Shown here: positions 27,501 through 37,214 of the stretch, one piece after another
Numbering within the stretch: position 1 is the stretch's first letter
Layout: each line of letters begins with the position of its first letter
Assembly (NCBI GenBank): GCA_030704615.1
Contig: CM060733.1
Location: forward strand, 64,728,001-64,792,000
Reading direction: 5' to 3'
Length of the DNA stretch: 64,000 bases
DNA from: Takakia lepidozioides
Lineage: Eukaryota; Plantae; Bryophyta
Notes under the pieces: model-generated
Told to the model about the DNA's origin: nothing
What the model saw: the letters and a program-made list of their open reading frames with translations, nothing else
Database searches by the model: none
Translations under genes and position numbers: made by a program

Positions 27501-29400
27501 TAACAAGGTTTGCCTTTGCACTACACAATGAACATGAAAGTTCTGAGTAGTCTGGGGCTATTGCAGGAAACCGCAAGCCCTTTCTTGATGCTCGCCCTTG
27601 CAACATGTCGTATATTTTGTCCAGAAAAGACTTGTCAAGGTATGCTGTTCTTGCCTTAACCTGAAGCTCCAGTTCAAAATGAAGAACTGAACTTGTGAAA
27701 CACAGGAGTATAACTTATCTCCTCTACCATCAGAAGATAGGTCTATCCATTGGTTCTCTTCTACTCTCCTGTCACCTAACTTTTTGCCAATCCTTAAGCA
27801 CTTGTATCTAGATTTGGATGGTTGCACTGGGGTATACACTTTTCCCTAGCTTGCATTGCACTGAAAATGGCTTGGACTTTGATCAGGAGGTGTCCAACTA
27901 AAAGCTTGTCATCTGGTGCAGGCCAGCTATCCAGCTCCCAGGTCCAAGCAAGCCTGTTGTAGCTGTTCGCTTCTGCCCTGTTGTGTTCACTCTTAAATCT
28001 GACATTGTGCAGAAAGAGGTTACTTGTACTGGTATTTCTCTGTAACCAGCTCATATTCTGAGGAAGATATGTTTGGATTCTTACAAATGTTCTGCCAGCC
28101 AGGGGGCTTCAGAGCAAACAGCTGAATCCATATGTACATCCTACTGAAGCTGTTAGGGTTTGTGTAGTTACTCCAGTCGAGTCTGCAGAAAGCTTTCTAT
28201 TTCACCAACTGCCTCAGATGTTCTGTTGTTGTTTTGACTAAACAAGTGAAACAGGTTCTCCAGATCCTGTAACTTGAAATCTAAGAGCTCCACCTGTCTG
28301 TGGGGCCAGAAAATCCAGGATTCAGGCTACCGTATCGGCTGGTGTTTGCAGTGGCAACACTAAACTCAATATTTGTGTATGATACGCAGCACAGCTGCCC
28401 GATTGTTATCTTTGCAGGGCTCCACTACGCTGCCATCACTGATATTGCATGGTCTCTCTCCTCTCTCTTTCTCAATGGCCACAAGGCTACGGCAAACAAC
28501 GTCTTATGAGTACAATCTCTGGGACAGGACATGCAAATTCACTTGATGCTTTGATGCCATTTTTGTAGACAGATTGATGTGACGCATAATTCTTTCTCTC
28601 TTCTCTCCGGGATTGCACATTTATGCTACTTCCATGGAGATGGATTTGACACAAAATGCTGCTGTATCAAACCTAACCATCTAGGATTCCTAAGCCTTTT
28701 GTACAGATTTTAAGAAGGACCTTGTGTTGGTTCTTGCCATGGCAGGTCAGCAGATGCCCGATATGTTGCAATGTCCTCCCAAGATGGCTACTGCACTATA
28801 CTGGCCTTTGATGATGGTGAGCTAGGAGTTCCAATGCCTTGCAAGGGTAAGCTCCCTTCTTTGCTCTGTTATCTTTCAGATTACTGAAAAGTGGTCTCAC
28901 TCTTTCTCCAGCTCAATGAAAGATCTTGCAACCCATAAACCGTGACTGTCTTTCTCCTTGGCATTGGAATGCTTCTGGGGTGGAGGATATGACAGTCAGT
29001 CTGATCTAAAGACTCGTTTGTTTCTGAGACAGATTTGCCTCCCCACATGGCAGGCTATCTCCCTGAGGCCTTGTTGGCAAAGGCTAACGATGCTGCAACA
29101 GGGACTTCAATCAAGCCCAAACCTGGGAACCATACACGTCCAGAGGAAATCTCTTACATCTCTGTCCATCCCCGTCCACTGAAACACCGCCGCATCACTC
29201 CAGCAACAATTTCTGCTGATCCACCTCCGCTAAAGGCATCTTCATCTGAGTTAGCTGTCCCCTCAAGCACGAAGTGTGAAAATGATGTCGATATGAGTGG
29301 GGTAGAACTTCACACGGTGGTGGGACTGAATTTAGAGTCTAGTGAATTGGATGATTGTGAAGATAACATAGTCACAGATGGAGATTACAAAGAAAACTAG
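21598..29400 (+). CDS. FAS2: Chromatin assembly factor-1 subunit B (p60, WD40), 12 exons
   Basis: Exons approx. 21598-21711, 22435-22540, 22880-22906, 23165-23240, 23442-23545, 23641-23894, 24814-24916, 27567-27639, 27922-~28018, ~28288-28451, 28746-28846, 29033-29400 (exon 9/10 junction uncertain). Encodes [11 protein letters not shown]...[77 protein letters not shown] and a C-terminal RRITP B-domain motif; GT-AG introns. Confidence 0.93.
23979..24652 (-). mobile_element. 5'-truncated RTE/RTEX-like LINE in FAS2 intron 6
   Basis: Near-identical to the 3' part of 25678-27483; 14-bp TSD AACAGGCAGATAGA (23965-23978, 24653-24666). Confidence 0.9.
25163..25648 (-). mobile_element. 5'-truncated RTE/RTEX-like LINE in FAS2 intron 7
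   Basis: Same 3' end; flanked on both sides by (GA)n. Confidence 0.88.
25678..27483 (-). mobile_element. 5'-truncated RTE/RTEX-like LINE with an intact RT and C-terminal CCHC finger, in FAS2 intron 7
   Basis: [56 protein letters not shown]...HFLIHC; 11-bp TSD AAATGAAAAGA (25667-25677, 27484-27494). Confidence 0.92.
28472..28515 (+). mobile_element. ~45-bp extreme 3' remnant of the same LINE in FAS2 intron 10
   Basis: TCAATGGCCACAAGGCTACGGCAAACAACGTCTTATGAGTACAA equals the 3' end of the other copies; CT-rich flanks. Confidence 0.85.
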
Positions 29401-30547
29401 ATGAGAAGTAAGTGGATGGAAGAGCTACTGGTTTTCCATGGTCCTCTTTCTCTTCCCTTCTTTCACCCATTGTTTGAGGTTCAAGATCAGTGGTTCAATG
29501 TGATATCAACCAGTGTACAATCTCTCTTTCCCCTGCAAGATGTTGGAGCAAATTCTGCACGAGCTACTTGTATCGTATATGTAAGTGGTGTTTGCACATT
29601 AACTATGTTCTTGACGTGATGCACATCTGACAAAGTGATACTACTGTCCATTGATTGTTTTTTATTTTCTCTAAGGGTGGTTCTTTAGTGTGTGTAGTTG
29701 GAAGCAACAAGAGTGGCTTTACAGGATCATCCACAGGTTTTGCAATGTACCTTTTACGAGAATTGGGTCATTTCGTCATTGATACTCCCCAAATTTCCCC
29801 ACCATGCAAAGCAGAAAATTTACACATACTCACATATAATATACATATGTATGTAGTGATTTGTTCAAATATTTGGAACGGCGATGTGGATGGGCGTGGC
29901 TTTCTATTGCGCCACGTAGCCCAGCTGTTCATCCAGCGCAGCGGAAGATTCTTAAGGAAATCAAGGGATATGGCAAGAAGCCCGTCACGTAAGCACGACT
30001 CTCCTTCCCCCCTCCCTCTACAATGCTGTTGCTCCAATACAGGTAGCAGAATACAAAAAAGGCTATGCCCGTCAGATAACCTGGCCCGGGATAAAGATTC
30101 CGTGGCCCGGGGTTTTGGGCCCGGGGTATGTGAGGAATCTCGCTAGCCTAGGGTAGATACCTAAAACGACTCTCTACCCTAGGCCTGGGCCTAGGGTGCC
30201 GCTACCTGCTTGTATATACGGTTTGTATATGAATAATTACGTTAAGATATTTTTGGTACTTCGCTAAAACAGCTGCCCGGACAGGACGGGAAAGCTTGAA
30301 GGTGCCACCTTTTCGGAGGAATTTTCTTGAAATGGACACTGTTGAAGTATGATTGTCTGTGAGGGAAGGAGTGTGCACATGGAAAGTAAAATATTTGGGC
30401 ATTACTGCTGTTATGTCATGGCAACGGTCTTCAAACCAGAGGAATGTGAAGGGTTGGAGGATGGCGAGGATGTGAAGATCATTTAAGAAGTCTGAACATC
30501 CACATTGGAGTAAAATTATGCGCAACATTCAATTACACCCATATTAC

Positions 30548-33165
30548 TGTACGATATTTTCCACATGATTCAGCTCATCAGATAAGTTTATCTCTTTCTT
30601 TGTGCTCTCGTTCCTGCTCTCCGCCTGATCTCCTCTTCCCTTGACCCAGAAGCGCTCCCCGTGAAAGTGTGTGTCCTTCTTTCCGTTGCCGCTCTCCTTA
30701 TCTGCCCGCAAGCTGTTCTAACCACCTAACTAATTAACCGTCATCCCTGAAGTAACACGTTCCTTCTGCAGATGTCGTTCCCTCACAGTCGTTCCCTGTC
30801 AATGATAACTGTTCCTCATGTACTGTGACAGGCTGTGTCAAGCTGTGCCGAGCTGTGACTGGCTGTGTAAGGCTGTGACTGGCTGTGTTGGGCTGTGTCG
30901 GGCTGTGTTGGCTGTGACGGGCTGTGCGAAACTGTGGCGGCTGTGACTGGCTGTGACGGGCTGTGCGAAGCTGTGGCGGGCTGTGTCGGCTGTGACGAGC
31001 TGTGTCAACTGTGTCGGGTTGTGACTGGCTGTGTCGGGCTGCGTTGGCTGTAATTGGCTGTGTCGGGCTGTGTTGGCTGTGACGGGCTATGCGAAACTAT
31101 GGCAGCTGTGACTGGCTGTGGCGGGCTGTGTAACCCCCCTAAAGCCTGCTGCTGCCACCCCTAAGGCTCCTGTTGGTCTCAGTCTGCGCAAAAATTAAGG
31201 GTACCCCACAGAACCCGTAAAAGCGTCTAAGTCCCAAACAGCCCTCTAACATTTACCCCTCCCCCTCTCAAAAAGCCGTGTCCTCACGGTTTACTGACGA
31301 GCACTGTTCCTCAATTGCAGTTGTGGCTGTCTCAAACACTCCCATCTCCTTGCGTTCGCGCGCATCCAGTATACAAGAATCAAGAATAATTTGCACAATT
31401 ACTGGACCAGACACAATGATCGGAGACTTAGCAACAGTGCCTTGTAACCGCTTCATCTCTTCCACCAGACCATTGTACATCAGTTCCGCCCAAACTACAT
31501 CCTCTCCCCTCAAGGCTTTTAGTATCTCCTCCGTGAATGATCTGCTCAAGTACTGTTGGTTCATGGCAAAAAGAACGTTCAATATTTGGCCAACTTCCCT
31601 TAGCCCTGGGTACTCGGCCTTGATGCAAGTGTATCCTTGAGTTTTAAAGAAACTCCCTTCTTGGAACAAATTGACCATTTGCAATCTTGCCCTGTGTTCA
31701 TCCACATTCACATACCCAGATGGCAATTCAAACAGTTGCTGCAAGTACTGGGGAGTAATCTCTATATCTACTCCCCTCACCTGTGTAACTCCTGTCCTAG
31801 GCTCAAAGTTTTGAATGAATTGAATCATATACTTCCGATGATGCAAGGACCATTCCTTGCGTAGCAGCCCTTCCAATCGCAACTCTTCAGTAATTGCACT
31901 GCCTGTGGTGTAGCAATTGTTTATTTTTGCAAAATTGTGGTGCTCTTCACCCTGATATCCTCCATTCTCCTAACTCTCTTCATCCCAGACAAACAGGAAG
32001 GCCTTGTTTGAAACAGTTGTAGGAAAGCTTGCAGGGTGTAGAGCATAAAGGTATGGTTGGCACAGAAAGGAACGGGTAAGTGCGTGTAAGCCTGTGGGGC
32101 TTGCAGATAATGCGTGAGAGAGAATGTCTTTCCCCCCCGTCCGTCCTTGTGCCACTGCGTGAGAAGTAATGCTAGTGTGTAGTCTGTAATATCCGCCATA
32201 GCTACAAAGCTATAGCTTTGATTGCTCCCCTCGTCGAGACGCTGGTTAATCGGAGCCACCCCGATTCTTCCGCTCAGAACTTTTCTAATTTCTTGTTCTT
32301 GTTTCTTGGAGGGAACCACCTGCATGAAATTCTTGCTCCTGATTGGCTGTTGCCCCCTTGGGTAACTTCTTAATTTTACCTCCCTCGGTGGACATCCCCA
32401 CCTAAAATGTCCACTAGGACAGCACATGTGGCAAAGGCCCCCCTTTGCTGTACACGTAAAGGGTTCCGTTACCTTTGCCCTGAATGCATTAATGGGCCCA
32501 CAATTAGTTTTGGCTGACGTACGGGTAGGTACTTTGACGGCCCAATTTGTCCTCTTGCATGATGACACCCACTTTTGCAATATATGCACCGCGGTGTGTT
32601 TTGCCCTAGTGGTCACATGTTTGCTTTTAAACATGCCCCCGTCTTCCCCTGTCCGCGTGGCACATTCTCCGAGTTTGACTTCCAAGCTGTCATTTCACTT
32701 GTCCGGCCACTTTTCTGACGTTAATCCGCGTCCACCTGTCACTGACCCTATGGACTGTGCAACCCGCGTGGGCTGTGTTGGGCTGTTGTTAGAGGGTTGT
32801 TGCTCTTCACCCTGATTTCTTCCATTCCTCTCACTCTCTTCATTCTAGACCCACAGAAAGGTTTTGGCTGTAACAATTGAAGAAATGCCTGCAGGGCACA
32901 AAGCATAAACGTATGGTTGCCACAAAATGCTATGGGTAATTTCTTGTAAGCCTGCGGGGCTTGCAAGCATCGATTAAGAGAAAAGATACTCTCTGTTCAT
33001 CTATCCCCATGCCACTGCGTAAGTAGTATCGCGAGCGTATAGTCTGTTAGTTCCTCCATAGCTTCAAAGCTATAGCATTGATGGTCTGTCCCGTCGTGAC
33101 ACCCGTTACTTGGAACGACGCCGACTCTTGCGCTTAAAATTCCTCCATTTTCTTGATTCTACTTT
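30548..33165 (-). mobile_element. 3' end of a Gypsy element of the 7433 family: extra 3' ORF, polypurine tract, 3' LTR
   Basis: LTR starts TGTTAGAGGG at 31251 on the minus strand, immediately preceded by PPT GAGAGGGGGAGGGGTAAA (31252-31269); partial internal duplication at ~32800-33165. Confidence 0.85.
31268..31882 (-). CDS. Extra 3' ORF of the Gypsy element, resembling Athila-ORF1/'putative plant transposon protein' domains
   Basis: YMIQFIQNF...QVRGVDIEITPQYLQQLFELP pattern; stops at the PPT; homologue at ~58170-58427; 5' end frameshifted. Confidence 0.6.
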   Translation of the reverse strand: MRLEGLLRKEWSLHHRKYMIQFIQNFEPRTGVTQVRGVDIEITPQYLQQLFELPSGYVNVDEHRARLQMVNLFQEGSFFKTQGYTCIKAEYPGLREVGQILNVLFAMNQQYLSRSFTEEILKALRGEDVVWAELMYNGLVEEMKRLQGTVAKSPIIVSGPVIVQIILDSCILDARERKEMGVFETATTAIEEQCSSVNREDTAF

Positions 33166-33469
33166 AAGTAGCTTTGAACTATGTAGTTATAAGCACAACA
33201 GTTCATGTCCAGCTTAGATCCAGCTTTGACTAGGGATGATATAGTCGGTGGCGACCATAACACCCAACATCGCCGTATAGACTTGCCAATTATGAAGGTG
33301 GTGCTATAGTCGGTGGCAACTACAACAACTCACCTGCAAGCTGCAGTCATAGGCGTTCCACCTCCTATTTCCGTGGACTGTTACCAAGATGCATTAAGTT
33401 GGCAGTTTTGGTTGCCGACCTCTACCTTTGATTAGGTTCGGTGTAGGTTCGGGCGAGGGTCGGGAAACT

Positions 33470-33519
33470 CTGCTCATGCTCATGCGTTCACCGCTCATGC
33501 TCATGGATTTGCAAACCCC
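33470..33519 (-). mobile_element. Terminal repeat of a related MULE family member
   Basis: Reverse complement GGGGTTTGCAAATCCATGAGCATGAGCGG resembles the termini at 43852, 57658, 58428 and 59523. Confidence 0.55.
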
Positions 33520-33561
33520 CCCCAATACTCATGGACTAGTAGGGGACTGGCCCGCCCCCCC

Positions 33562-34172
33562 TGACGAGCCCTGGTTGCGCGCGGCCAGGGTGACGGCATA
33601 CTAGCCTAGCGGGTCGTGGCAAGTTGAAGTGTAGGTTGGGCTCAACGAACCGCCTACCCGGCTGCGGTGGCAGCTATGGACGGATCTAAACAGTCTAACT
33701 TCCTACCGGCAAAGCAAAGCTTAACAACTCCACTTCACAGGGCGATTTGCGTTTTCTAGTCCTACGTTTTGTTTATGGGTTTTCTACGTCTTTAATCATA
33801 ATTGCTTCCAAGTCTTTGTACTACTTCCTACATGCCTGGACTCCCAACACGCTTATAGCCGGGACGAACCTTCAAATCCTTTCACAAAACGAATCCCGAG
33901 CCCAGGGAGACGGGGATCATCTATCTCCCGTCCAATCCCCCCCCCCCTAAATCCCGAGGTGGATTAGTGTCCTACCTCCTAGGAAGGGACCGGATCCGCT
34001 TTCCCAAGTCAGTCTCTCCTACTTAGAGTGATCCAAAATTCAACCTCAATGGTCAATCCATCGGGTGAATGATAACAATTCAAACTCTAGGTGATTCCCG
34101 AGATCTAATAAAACAATGGCCGTTCCTTGGTCCAAGGCCCCCCCAGCGGCCGGGCACTTGACTTCAAATATC
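33562..34172 (+). mobile_element. 5' part of a split solo-LTR-like element
   Basis: Matches 2901-3524 and stops abruptly at ...CAAATATC. Confidence 0.85.
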
Positions 34173-34712
34173 CTCGGCGGAAGGGGCGATACCTCCTTTA
34201 AGACTTCCGTTTTTAAGTTAGGGGTCCAGATAGAATCCCTTAATAAAGCCGAATTACCGTGCTGAATAATAAAGAACTAATCATTAAAACCTTTCTACAA
34301 ATGCATGAAATTCGTAGAAATAGAGAATCATCGTAGGATGCTGGAGCTAACTAAATTACCCTCAAGGTACCAGGGGAACACCCTGGGAACGCCCTTTATG
34401 TCGGGAGCATTGGGGAACCGCTCCCCACTTGGGAGCGCCCCTAATTCCTATACCAAACCAATCAATAACGCATTAGCAACTTAAACCATCACCGTGCCAA
34501 GATGAATGAAATCTGTCGTCCCTCAGTTTCTCATCTGATCGCCACCCTGGTGTATAAACAATGATTAAACATTCAGTGGGTCCCAGGGTCCATTCCCTGC
34601 GCCTCTTCCACCTACTTCCAATATAATATGATTAATTTATGCAAGCAACCAGCCTAGAACGAAGTTGGAACATGTCATCTTCTACCTTGTGAAACCCCTA
34701 CCAAGGATTCTC

Positions 34713-35303
34713 TCATCCCTGTCTCTGGGCTCTCTCTCTCTGCCTGTGGCTCCCTCGTCCACTGACGTCCATTGAGGACTTGCCTGATCTCCAGGACGAC
34801 CTCGGAACTTCCATGACCTCGTCTGAGTCGGACAGGTTGTGAACAACCCGGTTCTCGCTTGTCTTCATGGATGGGTTCGGCTCTGGATTTATTTCGTTGC
34901 GGACTTCTCTCTTTGAGGTAGCCACTCTCTGATTCGCGGATTGTTTCGTGGAAGGCGCCAGGATAAAAGGTGTATTTGGCGGGCAAATGAAGTCCCCAAC
35001 AGCCCTGTATATGACGCTGTCCGATGTTGGAACTCGCCATTCCCTGCCATCGCCAAAATCATCGTGGAGCACAACAATACTCTCGACAACAACGCCGTTT
35101 GAGTCCTTCCTTTCCTCCTCCAAAAAAACCAACCCCGGTTTCAAGTGGTATCGAACGCACAGATATTTCTCCATCACCCGGCAGATGTCCCCTCTGCACG
35201 GAAATGAAGCTCTATGCTCGTGAGGAGGGCAGTACACTGTAGCGCTCGGGTTTTCCGCCATGGGAGATGTGTACACAAGACTCCCAGGATGGCGTGCGGG
35301 CAA
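34713..35303 (-). CDS. Hypothetical protein inside the MULE
   Basis: 196-aa ORF with a globular-looking core (EKYLCVRYHLKPG...WRVPTSDSVIYRAVGDF) and a disordered tail; no recognised domain. Confidence 0.35.
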   Translation of the reverse strand: MPARHPGSLVYTSPMAENPSATVYCPPHEHRASFPCRGDICRVMEKYLCVRYHLKPGLVFLEEERKDSNGVVVESIVVLHDDFGDGREWRVPTSDSVIYRAVGDFICPPNTPFILAPSTKQSANQRVATSKREVRNEINPEPNPSMKTSENRVVHNLSDSDEVMEVPRSSWRSGKSSMDVSGRGSHRQRERAQRQG

Positions 35304-35499
35304 GCTCCCTGATAGAAGGGGGATGCAGCGATGGGAATGAATGCGGTGCTGATTTGTCCGAGCGACGAAGCCTGATCCAAATCCAGGGAGCCAACTATCT
35401 CAAAAATCCACAGTCAGAGTGTTAATGAACCTTGTCTCAGGAATGCGGCCCCTGGTCTTTGCGCAATAACTGCCAACGGTATGCAGTCAGAAAATGGGG

Positions 35500-37060
35500 G
35501 GCCGTCCGGATGATGTCGGCTGAAGGGGAGAAGCCGGCACCGTGCCGTCACATTACTACCCCCGGATGAAAATTCGGCACCGAATATCCAGCAAGGGCCG
35601 CACGTATGAAGTCGCCTCGGGCAGAGAGGCCGGAACCTGTCCGACAGAGAACAACCCCCGGATGGAAATTCAGCGCCGAATTTCCATTCGGATCCCCCCA
35701 AAGGAAGTCATGTCGGGGGGTCAGGCCAAAAATTGGCCGACATAAAAACCTCCCCGGATGGAAAAACGGCGCCGAATTTCCATCCGAGGCCGTTCGGATG
35801 CAGTCGGCTCGGGTGAAGGCCGCCACCTGGCCCTCACATGACAACCCCCGGACGGAAATTTGGCACCGAATATCCAACAGTGGAAGCCCGGATGAAGTCG
35901 CCTCAGGCGTAGAGGCCGGCGCGTGTTCGACGGAGAGCATCCCCTGGATGGAGATTCGACGCCGAATTTCCATCCGGCCCCCCCCCAAACGAAGTCATGT
36001 CGGGGGGGGCAGGCCGAAAACTGGCCGACATAAAAACCTCCCCAGATGGGAAAACGGCGCCGAATTTCCATCCGGGGCCGTTCCGATGCAGTCGGGGAGG
36101 GGGGAGAGGCCGGCACCTGGCCGTCACATTTCAACCCCCGGACGGAAATTCGGCACCGAATATCCAACAGGTGACGCCCGGACAAAGTCGCCTCGGGCGT
36201 AGAGGCCGGCACCGGTCCGACATAGACCATCCCCCGGATGGAAATTCGCCGCCGAATTTCCATCCGGGCCCCCTCAAAGGAAGTCCGGTCGGGTGGTGAG
36301 GCCCAAAATTGGACGATATAAAAACCGAACAGGATGGAAAAACGGCGTCGAATTTCCGTCCGAGGCCGTTCGGATTTCCCTCTAGCAGTCAAGGATTCCA
36401 TGAAAAACGTGTCTAAAAGTGGACTTCAGCCACAAAACTAACAGTTTACTTTGTTTTTCTCCGAAAAACCAAGCGGCCACGCTCAGAATTACCTGCAGGA
36501 AGGTAATTCGGCGCTTCGACTTACCTGGCGAATGGAAATTCGGCGCCGAATTTCCATCCTGATCCGCTCCGAATTACCTGCATGACGCAAATTTTGCGCG
36601 CCGCCCTACCCGCCGGATGGAAATTCGGCACCGAATTTCCATCCATCCGCTCTCCGACCAACCTGGCGGATGGAAATCCGGTGCCGGATTTCCATCCATC
36701 CGGCTCCGAATTACCTGCGTGGCGGAAATTTTGCGCGCCGCCCTACCTGGCAGGATGGAAATCCGGCGCCGGATTTCCATCCATCCGGCTCCGAATTACC
36801 TGCGTGGCGGAAATTTCAGGATGGAAATTCGGCGCCGGATTTCCATCCATCCGGCTCCGAATTACCTGCGTGGCGGAAATTTCAGGATGGAAATTCGGCG
36901 CCGGATTTCCATCCATCCGGCTCCGAATTACCTGCGTGGCAGAATTTTCGCGCGACGCCCTACCTGGCAGGATGGAAATTCGGCGCTGAATTTCCATCCT
37001 GCTGCTCTCCGAATTACTTGCATGACGGAAATTTTGCGCGCCGCCGTACCTGGCGGATGG
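35500..37060. repeat. Arrays of palindromic GGATGGAAATNCGGCGCCGNATTTCCATCC repeats
   Basis: Perfect 26-bp palindrome at 36532-36557 and 30-bp palindrome at 36753-36782; ~300-bp higher-order units in 35500-36400 and ~60-80-bp units in 36530-37060. Confidence 0.92.
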
Positions 37061-37214
37061 GCATTAAATGTCCACCGCCGTCCGTTTTTATTTGGGCTGG
37101 CGACACATGGCTTCCTCGATACGTACCCTAAATCTGATGCTAATCTTGGATTAACTTCTATTCGAGGCATGTACCCCAAAAAACTGAGATCTTTTTCCAT
37201 TTTGGCTGGGACTT

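Noticed and set aside
27484-27606. N-terminal ~40 aa of the 640-aa RT ORF
   Set aside because: Lies outside the TSD and is antisense to FAS2 intron 7/exon 8; not part of the LINE.
30040-30208. Possible hAT-type MITE with CAGGTAGC termini
   Set aside because: Only an 8-bp inverted repeat, and the flanks match at 5 of 8 positions.
35500-37060. CRISPR-like appearance of spaced palindromic repeats
   Set aside because: Spacers are themselves repeated, spacing is irregular, there are no cas genes, and the context is a eukaryotic TE.
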